From NCBI GenBank assembly GCA_964016885.1, contig OZ024746.1:30504001-30568000 (forward strand): a stretch of DNA of 64,000 nucleotides, in the 5' to 3' direction. Of this stretch, positions 1-14,128 are shown piece after piece. Both the position numbers and the translations under genes were made by a program. Within the stretch, counting starts at the first letter, position 1. Every line of letters starts with the position of its first letter. The stretch is from Eledone cirrhosa. Its lineage: Eukaryota. The notes under the pieces are model-generated. The model did not search any database. It saw only the letters and a program-made list of their open reading frames with translations, and was not told the DNA's origin.

Positions 1-1362
1 TAGACCATCGAGAACGCATTGACTCAGCGCTTCCCCTATTTCAGCGGCTGAAATCGGCCTTTCGCAGGACTTCGCCAACCCGTCCGAGAGCCGCGGCAGA
101 CCGTCGAGGTATGGACCGAAATCCATGGCCTCACCCGGCCCGCCGCTCCTCTCGAACAGTGGTGCAAAGCGCCGTTGAAAGGCCGCGTCCATCCGCTCAG
201 GTTCAACGATCACGCGTCCATCCTGGTCCTTCAAAGACCGAATCATAGACTTGTTTCCAATTTTTGCCTCTGTCACTCGGGCCCTGCTAACAGCTTTGGC
301 TCCCTCGTTACCCAGAGCACGTATTTTACTCCTGACAACTCAGCCCTTGTGCTTCGGATCAAAGAACTGATCTAGGGCCGTTCTTGACACCAGCACACCG
401 ACCGCGTTACCACTCCTAATCGCCTCTGCTACTCTATCTATCAATTCCCTTTCAGTTCTATTCCTATCTGATGCTAATTCCTGACTAAAACCTATCGATT
501 CTATTCTAATTTCTCTCTTGAGAGAGCCCACCACCTGCTGTTGACAATTTCCCCCATCAACCGCTGCTTAACTAGAGTGCTAATCCGCTTACTGTAAGCT
601 TTGTTTGTCGGTAAGGACAAGTTTAGCTTCCAGTAACCGGGTCCTTGTCTATGGGTTCTATCAAGGTTGACCACTCCGGTCACCAACTTGTGATCCGAAT
701 AGTCAACCATGAACATTCGTGGACAGCTTAATATGTCCCAATCCTTATTTCTAACTAGGAACCTATCTAGGTACGACCTATGATGTTCCGTTGCAATTAA
801 TCTACGTTCACAGTGGCACAGTCGGAAAATCTAGTCGATATCTATCGGCCGATTAACCGTTTGAGGCTGTTACACCCTCTCTATCGGGACATGCCCCTAC
901 ATAGTCCCAACGTGCATCCAGGATACCATTCCAGTCCCCCACTAAAAGCAAGGAGCGAGACGTTCTCAGAAAAGTCTCTAGGCGTTGGAAGAAGTCCGGT
1001 CGCGGTGTCCCAGATGGGGCATACGCTGCCACCAGCCTGAAGGCTCCACCTTCAGTACTGCCGACGTCTAGAACCACCAGTCGACCTTCCGGGTCCAGGT
1101 GTACCTTCCGTGTTGCGAGGCCCAGGTGTTTTCGCAGCAGAACGACCTTCCTCCGCCACCCCCCATCCCCCGGCTGACAGAGAGATGCATAGATCTCAAA
1201 GTCGTCGAAGATGGGGGCCAGTTGGTGATCGCTGCTGATCCTGGACTCGCAAATAGCTATCACATCCATTCTGTGCGACCTGAGGTCATTTAAGAGTTTG
1301 CCCTGCTTCCAGGCCATCCCCAGGCCGCGCACATTTAAACATCCAACTCTTATAACAGCCAT
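1..1362 (-). pseudogene. ORF2 N-terminus: APE (exonuclease/endonuclease/phosphatase) domain and linker, frameshifted
   Basis: MAVIRVGCLNVRGL...DVIAICESR...GRLVVLDV...LVAAYAP...LLLVGDWN, then RSYLDRFL and YSDHKLV...GPGYWKLNLS in shifted frames. Confidence 0.9.
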
Positions 1363-1670
1363 GTTAGTGGTGAAGAGTTTAGAGTGGAGAAAAAGGAAAA
1401 GACACCTACCTGTCCTTCTCCTGGGGACCAGGCTGCACAATTTCCATAGGGGTGTCGGCGGGGTTGTTTGGTGGGGTGGTGGTTTGGGATGTGGTGGGAC
1501 ATCAGTATGTGGTGGGGTGGGGGTGTTTTGTGGGGGAGGGGTGTCTGGGGTGGTGGTGGGGAAACATTTCAAGAGGACGCGGTTGCTAGGTCTAGTACAG
1601 GGGGTCCCCACGTCCTCGGGAAAGTTCTGTTTGAGCATTGTGTAGGTGTCCCGTGGGACCCTAATCATTT

Positions 1671-3145
1671 TTAAATGCGGTTTAGTCGACGCATTGGTGA
1701 GCATTTCCCTTCGGTTTCCACCGAAGGGTCTTTGTCTATTGTTTGCACAAGTGTTTTATAGTTTGTGTTGATGTATGTATACTGTTTTTGTCGTGTTGTG
1801 TTTGTTTTTGTTTGTTGTTCTTGTGTGTGTTTGCGTTTTGTAGTATGTGTTATATTTTCGGGAGGGGTGGGTTTTTTTGTTTGTGATGTTTGTTCTGTTT
1901 GTGCTGGTGGTTGTGTGTTTGTTGCATTTTTGTTGATGTGGTGCCTTCTTCTTTTCTTCCTTTTTACCGGTTGAAAGGGTTCTCCCTCGTCGTCACTGGG
2001 TGACGTTGATAAGGGGTCCTCGTCCATGTTGTTGGGGAGGGATATATTTTGGGGTTTTGTTGTGGTTGCTTTTGTATTTGTTTTAGGTGGCGAGGGGTTG
2101 GGTGGGACAGTGTCTTGTGTTGTTATTTTTTCGTGGTGGTGGTGGTGGTGGTTGTGTTGTTGTGTGTGGGGGGCATTTAAAAGGGGACAGGAAGCCCTCA
2201 GATGACCACTTCTTGAACAGTGGTAGCATGAAGGCCGCGTGCCCTCAACAGAAATGTTTATGAAGGCGACTCCATCCAGGGACACACGCTGCGGTATTCT
2301 TGCTATCCGTTCTGGTCTCATTTGGACCAGAACTTCAAGGCTATTGCCACCGAATACGCCCCCCGGTGGATTCGCCTATCGAAAGGATTGTGTCCTTATC
2401 TTCTAAGAATCCCGTTAGCACCCACCAAATGCTCGCATTAGGCCTGATGCCCGAGATTCTTATCTTTTGAGTTCTTTTCCCCAAATATGTGGGGGAAAAG
2501 GTGTATGCTTTTGATACAATTGGCGACACAGAATATTTCCGTGCCGCCAATTCATCTTGCATTAAAACAGATATGCTTCCATACAGTTTCCCTTTCCGTA
2601 TGAAAGCGATATCCTTCCAGGCACTACTTAGGACCAGCTCAATTTCGCTTTGGGACAATTGAGCCGGTTTCCTAGTCGTGTTCAAAACTGTCCTAAAGAT
2701 TACGGTCCTGAGGACTGTGTCCCTTCTAATTTCTTCGGGGGAGGTAATTGTGAATTCCCCACCTTCCCCGAAACTTACACAATTCCTTACTTCTTTCAGC
2801 AATTTCTTGGCATTCGAGATGTCCAGTGCCTTGTATGTCTGCGTTTCTCGAACCGCCTGTGCGAAGGAGACTGCAGCTGTGGGTCCGTTTTCTTTCGTGT
2901 TTTTATCATTGTTGTTGTTGTTATTCGTTTTGGTTTGCTTTTTTCCTTTGTTGGTATTGTCATTATTGCTGTTGTTGGTTGTGTTGTTATTGTCATTGTT
3001 GTTCTTGTTTGTGTAATTGTTACTTTTTTTCTTTTAATTCCGTGGTTCTTTTAATGCCGTGGTGTCTTTTGCGGGAGTGAGGAGGCAAGGCTTACAGCGT
3101 TGTGCTGCTACCTTCTCTCTATCAATTTCCTTGGGGGGGGGCATG
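1671..3145 (-). pseudogene. Tx1-type ORF1 (gag-like nucleic-acid-binding protein), disrupted
   Basis: ORF pieces 2796-2996, 2341-2802 and 1671-2321. Contains CYHCSRSGHLRASC (CX2CX4HX4C) followed by a low-complexity T/P/K/Q tail, typical of Tx1 ORF1. Confidence 0.8.
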
Positions 3146-3562
3146 CGTCGTGTTAATGGCGTCCATTGTCACTAAAGGACTTTTTATCGATAACTTATAA
3201 CTATCAAATTTCGCCCCAAAATGGGGCGAAATTTATTTTACCCAATGTCTGCAGGCCCAGGCGAGGGGTTAATAAACACAACAAATAACAAGTAGCTTAA
3301 ACAAACCTACCCCTTCTCGTAATAGATTCCGACAAAATGCAGGATCGAAACAAAAACACGTCTATCTTCTCCGAGATAGATAAATAGATAGATAGATCGA
3401 TAGATTGCCTTATGAAAGAAATCTGTAGAAGGTGGGTAAAAGTAATAGTAAATAATATTGTGTCTGATAGAACTAGCGTGCAGATTGCGTTCGTTTATTC
3501 TTCTTACACTCGCACACATACAGACATACACACACATAAATATATATATACATATATATATG

Positions 3563-3602
<40 letters not shown>

Positions 3603-3630
3603 CATACTATATATATACAGACAGACATAA

Positions 3631-3681
<51 letters not shown>

Positions 3682-3702
3682 CATACTATATATATACAGA
3701 CA

Positions 3703-3758
<56 letters not shown>

Positions 3759-3783
3759 CATACTCACACATAAATATATATAT

Positions 3784-3844
<61 letters not shown>

Positions 3845-3860
3845 CACACCCACTCACACA

Positions 3861-3974
<114 letters not shown>

Positions 3975-4331
3975 CTCACGTCATATCATTTCTTTTGAAA
4001 GGAACACCCAAAAGTCGCAACATAGAATTGAATCATGAATAGTAATAATTCCTTCTAAAGAATTTCATCTCTTTCTCTTTAGCTTTATTTATATTATATT
4101 CGACTGAGATTTTGTGGAGGAAAGAATTACGTTGCTGTCATGATACATATTCGAGATGAAATATTAAATATATTTACTGGACTAGAATTTGTTTGACCAT
4201 TGAAGCAATATATGGCTTAGATAAAAACAAAACACAATACAGATTAAAAACATACCCACACATACGTACTCAAAAACATAATCAACATACATACATACAT
4301 ACATACATACATACATACATACATACATACA

Positions 4332-4364
<33 letters not shown>

Positions 4365-4779
4365 TTACACTTATGGGATTCAGGTGATTTTTTTTATGTG
4401 TGTCGATAGATCAAAGAAAAGACCTTCTCAATACAATAATCATTGAAAAAGAGAAAATTAACCCCTCCAGTTTTAGAATAAATCTGTGTGAGGACAATAT
4501 TGATGGATATACTGCATTCTGTCTCATGTCGTATCTTTCTGATCTTTATATTATAAACCATTCAATTTACAGCCAATAATAAAAGGGGCTGCAATAATTG
4601 TGACGTATACAGTGGAATATTAATTCTTGTTTAGCTCAATAACCTTACTGACCCTATATTAATGTCACCTGATAGTATTTCTAAACGTAATATTTTTCTC
4701 TATTATTATGTATGTATGGGAATCAATAGCTCATCAGACTGTTGAAACGCCAAGAGTTCTGTCGTCGGGGTCCCAACCC

Positions 4780-4846
<67 letters not shown>

Positions 4847-4854
4847 GAGAGAGA

Positions 4855-4932
<78 letters not shown>

Positions 4933-4933
<1 letters not shown>

Positions 4934-5012
4934 GATTTCTACAGGACTAGAATCCATATGAAATCATCAGTTCTGATGATTTCATACAAATGAAACAGTT
5001 CTAGTCCTGTAG
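4933..5012. ncRNA. Fold-back pair of decayed family-A hammerhead ribozyme motifs
   Basis: Plus copy CTGATGA(4973)-TTTCATACAAAT-GAAA-CAG-TTCTAGTC-CTG-TA has stem I unpaired. The inverted copy at 4933-4970 lacks GAAA. Homologous to 59544-59592. Confidence 0.6.
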
Positions 5013-5161
5013 TCATTTCTATATCTGTTAGACACGCAGTGACTAACAACAGAATGTTTTAAGTCTGCGTGTCTGACATATATGCGTAGCTTGTGAATAA
5101 AAAATTCAAGGGTTGTCGCTGGCCGTGGTGATCGCTGCCAAACATGTTTTGTAATGTATCT

Positions 5162-5383
5162 TCTTATTGGCTAATTTCATCGTCTTATTGGCTAATCAAC
5201 CAACGAGCGTAATTGTTGCTGAAAAGCATCCGCCATTTTGTTTGCACGTTTATTTATCGTTTCGCTTTCGAATCTTCCTCCTGTATTTCGTCGTTTACAT
5301 CAAAATATTTTTCTCGTTTTGGTAAGTTATATTGTTAATTTATATATGATTTTTTTAATTTTTATTAACTAATTTTTTTTCAG
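5162..5383 (+). promoter_or_regulatory. Candidate Pol II promoter, first exon and short intron
   Basis: Duplicated TCTTATTGGCTAAT (CCAAT boxes, 5162 and 5183), YY1-type CCGCCATTTT (5230), G|GTAAGT donor (5322), CTAAT branch-like site and T8CAG acceptor (5383). Confidence 0.4.
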
Positions 5384-5749
5384 TTCGTTATAACATCCTT
5401 ATAATATTGGTTGTATCATATTTACTTGTATATTTGTCCATATTATTGTTCGTTTTATGTTAGATTATTTTTTATTATTATGTTAGACTATTTGTATGTA
5501 ATATTTAATTTTTATTAATTCAACTATAACAATTATTATGTAAAATATATTTATTTAATATTGATTGTTTTTTTGTAGTTGTTTATATTAAAAGTCTGAA
5601 AATATTTTTAGACATCTTACAATAATATTTATAAGATCATTTATAAAATAACAATTATATAATCTAATTACATTACAACAATAATTTATTGTTAATATAT
5701 ATCATGTTTAACTAGAGTTATTACAAGCGTTGCCTTAAAAAAATATTAA

Positions 5750-6090
5750 ACTAGATCTGAAAAATGCTCAAGCCCAAAAGAGCCACAGAATGTTATAATA
5801 AACCTTCAAAAGTGTGGGACTAGAGTTGAATTTATAATAGAGAATTCGGTTTAAGAGCATTTCGTATTAATCATTACTAAACATCTAATATGAGATATTG
5901 AACATTGGCTTAAATAATTATCGTGTCGTCTTGAGTTCGTTATGAGTCTCTTTTTTATAAAAGGATGCAACAGAGTGTACGATAGATAATGATTACAATA
6001 TTTTTTAGCAACAACTCTAGTCCCACACTTTTGAAGGTTTATTATAACATTCTGTGGCTCTTTTGAGCTTGCGCATTTTTCAGGTCTAGT
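5750..6090. repeat. Inverted repeat, arms of about 79 bp (5750-5828 / 6012-6090)
   Basis: CTAGATCTGAAAAATGC...GGGACTAGAGTTG and its near-perfect reverse complement. Confidence 0.85.
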
Positions 6091-7252
6091 ATAATAAGGA
6101 TGCCTATACTCTACCACCGTATTGAGTGCAACACAGGAACCTACATATTATATATATATATATATATATACGCACACACTTATGTGTATGTGTATGTGCG
6201 TGCGTGCATATATGTATGTATACATGTATGTATGTATTTATGTGGATGCATGTATGTTATAGGTAAAACTTTTAATATTATAAAGCCAAATTCTTGAATA
6301 GAACAGATTACACCATTAAGCAGTACACAGAATTCTTCCCCTAACTGCAATCAATTAGATATTTACTTGTAATCTAATTAGTTCCACAGCCTTATCTATA
6401 ATTAATCAATTAATTAATTGGATATTTATTCTATCAAAGTTTAGAATTTTCAGATCACTGTCGACTTGCTGTTGCCAAACATTTCACATTTATATATTCC
6501 CCAATGTTTAAACATGTGACCAGAAATCAGTCAGTTTGTATTCGGTGTTGTCGAATAATTTAACTTCGTCTCTGCTCTTTTTTCTTTTAATTATAAACTG
6601 ACAATTGTTAACTTTAATTCGTTATGTTAATTACTCACAAAAGACACAAAATTAATTAATTAAAATATTTCACAAATTTAATGACCAATGGCAAGGATTT
6701 CTTATGTGGAAGCAATCATTCCAAGGGTTCGAGTTGTTACTGTCGTTGTTGTTGTTGATATTGTTGCTACTGCTGTTGTCGTTGTTGCTGATATTGTTGC
6801 TACTGCTGTTGTCGTTGTGGCTGTTGATATTGCTCCTACTGTTGTTGTTGATATTGTTGTTGTTGTTGGTGATGGAGGTGGTGGTGGGTGGTGGGTGGTG
6901 GGGATGGTGGAGGTAGTGGTTGTGGTGAAGTCGTAGTTATTGTTATTGTTGATGCCTTCGTTGTTGTTACTGCTATTGTTGTTTAACCGTAGATCAACTC
7001 CGTGGAAGTAGAGCTAAGATCAAATACATTCAGTCTTTCCCATCCCAACTTTTAAAAGGACATCGTTCAATGCCTCACATTGACCAATAACCATCCAGGA
7101 ATGAAACTACTTGTTATTCTGAGGGGTTTTAATTCTCACAATAGACAATAATAGTTTTATTAAACAGTAGCTACATACTATGACTACTGTTGCTTGATAA
7201 CGTCTCTCTTCCTCATTTCGTGGCTGTTACGGTCCGTGGTTGGTTTGCAGAA

Positions 7253-7307
<55 letters not shown>

Positions 7308-7455
7308 GGGGGATTAAGAACTTTATTGGCATATTACAATTGTTTCACACTACAGCCGCCTTAACTCTAGAATACAACCCACACGAGACGGACCTCGGAA
7401 CAGCATCGAGACCTTCGATCGGCGCACTGTTTGTAACTGTAGTTACACACCTAAC

Positions 7456-7588
<133 letters not shown>

Positions 7589-7609
7589 CATATACATCTA
7601 TCTATCTAG

Positions 7610-8240
7610 GGCGGGTAAAATTCCCGAGGTCCATGGACAAGTTATCTCCAGCGGTCTCAGTCCCTCATTATCGCCGCCATGTCCTGCGTCTCCAACAGAC
7701 CAGTGTCTATCCTTAGGGCATCAACATACGTTAACCTTGGTCTTCCTTTTCCGGTGTGTCCATGCAGGGGCTCCCACAGGAGCACTGAGTGCAGTGTCAA
7801 CTCTGGATGTCGGTGAGCATGTCCAGCTAACCTCAGTCCCCTCTGTGTCACTTTGAGCTGACTTTTGGGATACTCCCATACAGCTCTGAGTTTTTCATCC
7901 TCAGTGTATACTGATTAATGTTCAGAGCCATCCTCAGCATTCTCGTGTAGCACCCATCAACCATCTGAGTGAGTTTCTTGGTCAGTGTCCAAGTCTCAGA
8001 CCCGTACAACAGCACAGACTCCACTACAGCAATGAAGAGGCGGATCTTCAGGTCTCCACGAAGGTCCGACTTCCACACCGATCTCAAACTGTGGCACGCC
8101 GCCCAGGCTTTGATTTTCCTCTCAACCACATCATCTTCGGTATTCCCAATCTTTACTCCCAAATACAGGAAGTCCTCAACTAATTCCAGCGGCTTCCCGC
8201 CTACATTAGTAATCCCCCTCTGGCTTCTCAACATTCTCTA
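7610..8240 (-). mobile_element. RTE-clade LINE 3' fragment (RT C-terminal region)
   Basis: VEDFLYLG...KIRLFIAVVESVLLYGSETWTLT...MLRMAL...RLRLAGHAHRH...GRPRLTYVD, the typical RTE ORF C-terminus, with one frameshift. Confidence 0.9.
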
Positions 8241-9588
8241 CCAGACATTTTGTCTTAGTCTCATTCATTCTCAGCCCCACACTCATTGACATATATATAC
8301 ATATATATGTATTGGAAAATGTGTGAGATCCTTGGTAGAGTTAGGTATATGTGAAAAAAAGGAAAAGAATTACTTCATTTGTAGTGTTAATTTTTTTATT
8401 TAATTTTATAATATTATAATATTATGAGTTGGTAGATCTACCAACTCATTGTCAGATGCAGGAAATATGTGTAAACACAGTTGATCGCTATGAATAGCTT
8501 AGAAGATCCGGAAAAGACGCCTTATAGACAGAACAATGTGACCATGGACTGCAAAAACGAATCAAACCTCTTGTCTTTCTCCTCTGACCATTGAGCAAAA
8601 CGGGAAGAAAGACGACAAAACAGGGTAAGGGAAGAAACAGTTAAAATGTTAGAAAGAAAAGATTGGTGGTTCATAAAATATATGTACAAAAATATGAACA
8701 ATGTGTGTACAGTGGAAATATTTACGTTGAGTGCGAAAACAAGAAAGGATCCGACGTTTCACGTGAAAACCTTTATCAAAGTAGAGAAAAAATGTAAAGA
8801 ATAAGAAATAAGAAAAAGGTTAGACAAAATACCATATTGGATGGCACATATGATCATTTTAGGACAAAAACTGCTCGGTAAAAATAACCAGCTGATATGT
8901 ACCCAGCAATTTTGATAACAATTATGGGTTGATAACATTATCCGTGATTATAATAAGCGGATTCCATTGTATAAGTGTATATGTGTATGAATGTGTGCTT
9001 TTGTGTTAGCTTCTGTTTGTCTTATGTATATTTCTCTGTTTCTCTCGATATTTAATGTTTGTGAATATGAATGCGTGTGCGCATGTGCGACTGATTGTGT
9101 TAATGTATGTCGAGTGTATGTGTGTGTCTTTGTATTTTGATGTGTCTCTCAGTATGTGTTGCGTTTGTGTCTTTGAAAGAGTGTGTGTAAGTTTGTGTGT
9201 GCGTGTGTCTTTGTGTTGGCGTCTGACTGATGTATATGTTCGTCTCTATCTGTGTGTGTATCTCAGTATGTGATGTATCTATGTGTGTGTGTGTGTGAAT
9301 GTGTTTGCGAATGTGTGTGCTTATGTGTATGTGTGCTAGTATTGGTATTTATCTGGAATATGTGTGAGTCTATCTGTATGCAGTATGTGTTTGTTTGTGT
9401 AAATGTGTGCGCGTATGTGTGCATATGCTTGCGTATGTATGTGTGTGTATATATGCCTGTGTATTTTTGAAAGAAAATAAAAAAACATGAATAGAAAGAA
9501 ACTGGACATAAACCGAAATCTTTGGAAGAAATAATGGATAAGTAGGGATATAGATGTGTGTGTGTATGTATATATATATATATATATA

Positions 9589-9656
<68 letters not shown>

Positions 9657-10131
9657 GATGTGTGTATGTGTAATATGTGTATATATATATATATATCTTT
9701 GGTACTTCCTGGCGACGACCAAGTCTAAAAGAGGTCATGTAGAATAATGCTATTCCACTTGATATGGAAAAGTATTACTGGCAAACGGTTTCTTATGAAA
9801 CCATTTGTAACAGTGATCATATCCAGCCTGTTGATCCGTTTGCCAACAGTAAACAAAAGCAGAAAACTACCAAGAAAAAGAAGCCAAAAGTTATAGAAGA
9901 AACTTAATACCAAGAATCTAATGATGTGGAAACTGATAGCTCTTTACATAGATTTACCAACTAAAATAGAAATACGAGCCTCGCATTTATTATAAAAGAA
10001 TGGCCAAATTTTCTGATAAATAAGCTACCTTAAATGAAGATGTCTCGAAACCGAAACGAAAATCAAAAATACAAGCACAAAATATACAAATATGAAATGA
10101 ATATGAAGAACGTGTATACAATCTTATCTTC

Positions 10132-10218
<87 letters not shown>

Positions 10219-10220
10219 CA

Positions 10221-10254
<34 letters not shown>

Positions 10255-10332
10255 AGTAAGTTTGTATTGAAACAGTGAGCGAGTTTGAAATTAGAAATAG
10301 AAACTTTCGCCGTATTTTTTTACTAAAGAACT

Positions 10333-10442
10333 TTTAGCCTAATAGTAGGGTTTAGAACCCTCTAAGAATTGAACGTCATGTACGTCAATACTCATCTTTT
10401 TCCATTTATTAGAGGGTTCTAAACCCCATTATCAGGCTAAAA
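10333..10442. repeat. Short inverted repeat (TTTTAGCCT...GGGTTTAGAACCCTCTAA and complement)
   Basis: Arms of about 33 bp around a spacer of about 45 bp, between TA tracts. Confidence 0.7.
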
Positions 10443-10514
10443 TTTCTTTAGTCAAAATATATATATATATAGATGAGATGTGAGAAAAACCACAGACTCT
10501 CCATCTCAACTCTA

Positions 10515-10550
10515 CTTTTGAAAAGCAGAAGAACTGCGAAACCGGTAAAG
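10515..10550 (+). ncRNA. Minimal type I hammerhead ribozyme, U3-A8 core variant (family C)
   Basis: CTT-TTGAAAA-GCAG/AAGAA/CTGC-GAAA-CCGG-TA-AAG. Stem I CTT/AAG, stem II GCAG/CTGC, palindromic stem III ACCGGT, GUA cleavage triplet. Confidence 0.72.
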
Positions 10551-10619
10551 GAACCAAATAAATATATATATTTTTTTTTAAATAAGACTCCAGTTGCATT
10601 TTCGATTTCATCTTTTTTT

Positions 10620-10670
<51 letters not shown>

Positions 10671-10941
10671 TATATGTATGTATGTATGTATGTATATATA
10701 TATACAATAGAAAGGTAAATAAGGAAAAACAAGGCAACAGAACGGTACAATACAATGGTTTATTTTAGCTTAACCCTTGATATAGATGGGAAAAGCCCCT
10801 TAAAGTTTTTTTATTCTATCTTATTCTATTCTTTCATCTGAAAATAGCAGAGCAGAAAAGAGAAGATTTTTAGAGGAAAAAGAAACAGCAAGACAAGTGA
10901 GAGTAGAAAGACACACACGCACACACACACACACATATGTT

Positions 10942-11039
<98 letters not shown>

Positions 11040-11690
11040 CCACCAGCACGCGCGGGATCAGCTTGGATGAAGGTGGAGGACTAGGTCTCGAAATCGTGGT
11101 CGAAGCTACAGAACCGACGAAGACGGAGAAATTGGGAGTAGGGTATGGGGGGTGGGGTGGAGTGGGATGTAATGAGGTGAAGTCGAGATAAGACTGGGAA
11201 TCAGTGGGCTTATTGAAAATAGAGGTAGAGAGTGTGGTAAGTGTGGGCAATAGATAGAGATGTCAAGAAATTGGACTGAAGAGTTGGAGACAGAGGTAGT
11301 GAAGATGAAGGCAGGATGAAAAGAAAGACAGGAGCCGATGATGTAACCAACGAGCAAGTTGGAGTAGTTAGGGTCCGTTCTTGTACCCATAACTACCTCA
11401 GAGACATGTTGGTAAAACTCTCCGGAAAAGAAACATCCATTAAGAGTGAGAAGGAGCTCAGCAAGGTGAAGTAGAGAAAAAGTACTAGGGTAGGAGTAGG
11501 GCGTAAGACTAAAACATGAGACCGCGGTGACCGTCATGGTGAGGGATGATTGGAGTAGAGAGAGTTAATATCCATGGTAAAGGCGAAAGAGGCCAGAAGA
11601 GAAGGTGAAGGAGTTAAACTGTCGAAGGGCATGATTAGTGTCGTAGATGTAGGAGGGAAGGTCGGGTACTGGGGGCGAGGAAGGTGTCAA
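11040..11690 (-). mobile_element. Penelope-like element reverse transcriptase fragment, decayed
   Basis: LLLTLNGCFFSGEFYQHVSEVVMGT...FTTSVSNSSVQFLDISI and, after a frameshift, TSIFNKPTDSQSYLDFTSLHP...PYSQFLRLRRFCS. These are PLE RT motifs. Confidence 0.85.
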
Positions 11691-11727
11691 GATATTGAGA
11701 AATATGTGTGTAGGTGTATATATATAG

Positions 11728-11795
<68 letters not shown>

Positions 11796-11885
11796 TAATT
11801 TATTAATTTTTCATTGAGCCACAAAGTGACCAGTTGCAAAACACGTATATGTATATGTATGTATATATGTAAACTTTTATATAGA

Positions 11886-11967
<82 letters not shown>

Positions 11968-11968
11968 G

Positions 11969-12022
<54 letters not shown>

Positions 12023-12588
12023 TTCTGGTAGGTATTCAGTTTTAGATTCGAATCATAAATAAAAGCTGTTACCATAAATATTGGTTTTTCTGTTTCCTTG
12101 TTGCAATATTGCTTAACTGTTGGAATATCGTATTTCTTCCAAATAGCTTTGGAAAAAACTCTTCATAATTTCGTCATCATTTTCTCTATTGCTTTCTTTT
12201 ACTAGATTTCTACTTTTATTTTCATTAACTTCAACTTTTTGTTTTCATTTTATACATTTGTTTATCATTATTGTTGTTGTTGTTGTTGTAATTTCGTTAA
12301 TAATAAAAATAGTGGTCGGGGGATATTAGTGGTGATGGCGTTGGTGGTGATCTTTATATTGGTGATGGTTGTATTGGATTACTGGATGAATGGTCGGCGC
12401 TGTTGCGGTTAGTGTAGTAATGGCTATGCTGAAGTAGAAATATATGTCTTAAATTGTGTAATATAAATCAACAGTTATGAGAGACAGAGTGCGATGAGAG
12501 ACATACAGACTCGATGAGAAAATAGAAGAGAGAGTGTGTGTGTGTGAGAGAGACGTAAAATGTTTATGACATATATATATATCGTATA

Positions 12589-12632
<44 letters not shown>

Positions 12633-12823
12633 TATACGAGATATCGTTTTCGGTTTCCTTACTTCAGGGTTAGAGTAGCTAGTAGCAAATGCTAGAAGTA
12701 AACCCTAGTGTACCGCTTATTTGTGTTAATCCTCTTTTTACCTATTATATATATGTATATATATATGTATATATATATACATGTATATATATATGTGTGT
12801 GTATATATATATATATATATGTG

Positions 12824-12854
<31 letters not shown>

Positions 12855-12881
12855 TTATATATATACATGTATATATATATG

Positions 12882-12918
<37 letters not shown>

Positions 12919-12921
12919 GTT

Positions 12922-12952
<31 letters not shown>

Positions 12953-13037
12953 GTTTATATATATACATGTATATATATATGTATGTGTATATATATATAT
13001 GTATATATATTTATATATATATATACATATATATATT

Positions 13038-13072
<35 letters not shown>

Positions 13073-13161
13073 ATTTATATATATTTATATATATATATAT
13101 TTATATATATATATATATTTATATATATTTATATATATATATATTTATATATATATATATT

Positions 13162-13196
<35 letters not shown>

Positions 13197-13199
13197 ATT

Positions 13200-13248
<49 letters not shown>

Positions 13249-13295
13249 ATTTATATATATATATATTTATATATTTATATATTTATATATTTATA

Positions 13296-13800
13296 TATTG
13301 TTATACTTGGGGAGGGTCATATTTGCGTAATATTGCCAGAATTAATAACAGAACACACTCACTGTTTGGTTGGTTTTCGCTTCTCGCTGTCTTTTAAATC
13401 TGCGATCTAACTTACTCGGTCCTCAATGTTGCCATTGACTGACCGACGGTCAAAAATAATACAGATACAATATATATAAATATATAGACAGACTGAATAA
13501 AAAATGGCGTAGACATACAACACAACAGGAGGAACAAAGAATATAACACCACTGACGATGTTGCAGATGTGCAACGAAAGATTTATGTAAATTATGTAAA
13601 CTATATATATGTGTTTGTGTCTATATTGTATCTGTATTATATTTAACCGTCGGTCAGTCAATGGCAACATTGAGGACCGAGTAAGTTAGATCGCAGATAT
13701 AAAAGACAGCGAGAAGCGAAAACCAACCAAACAGTGAGTGTGTTCTGTTATTAATTCTGGCAATATTACGCAAATATGACCCTCCCCAAGTATAACAATA
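13296..13800. repeat. Large fold-back: arms of about 178 bp (13296-13473 / 13623-13800) with a hammerhead-like motif in the spacer
   Basis: Near-perfect inverted arms inside (TA/TTTA)n. The spacer holds AAAATGGCG and CTGACGA-T-GTTGCA/GATG/TGCAAC-GAAA (13552-13579). Confidence 0.85.
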
Positions 13801-13863
13801 TCTGTTTCGACACACGATTTCATATAAAAAACCTCGCTAAACTAATATATTTATATATATATT

Positions 13864-13894
<31 letters not shown>

Positions 13895-14005
13895 TTATAT
13901 ATATACATATATTTATATATTTATATATATATATACATATATATATTTATATATATATATATTTATATATATATATATTTATATATATATATATTTATAT
14001 ATATT

Positions 14006-14036
<31 letters not shown>

Positions 14037-14083
14037 ATTTATATATATATATATTTATATATATATATATTTATGTATATATA

Positions 14084-14128
<45 letters not shown>

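Larger units (their letters stand above)
1..3350 (-). mobile_element. Decayed Tx1/L1-clade non-LTR retrotransposon (5' part: ORF1 plus start of ORF2), running off the window start
   Basis: Minus-strand ORF1 pieces with a CCHC knuckle, followed by an AP-endonuclease domain and the Tx1/L1 linker motif GPGYWKLN. Multiple frameshifts. The 5' boundary is approximate. Confidence 0.88.

Noticed and set aside
6688-6936. Val/Leu-rich membrane protein ORFs
   Set aside because: (GTT/GCT/GGT)n trinucleotide repeat.
8745-8785. Minus-strand TTGATAA...GAAACGTC hammerhead-like motif
   Set aside because: Stems I and II do not pair convincingly; at best a heavily decayed copy.
12630-12672. Minus-strand CTGAAGTAAGGAAACCGAAAACGA..TCGT
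   Set aside because: Altered core spacing and no stem I.
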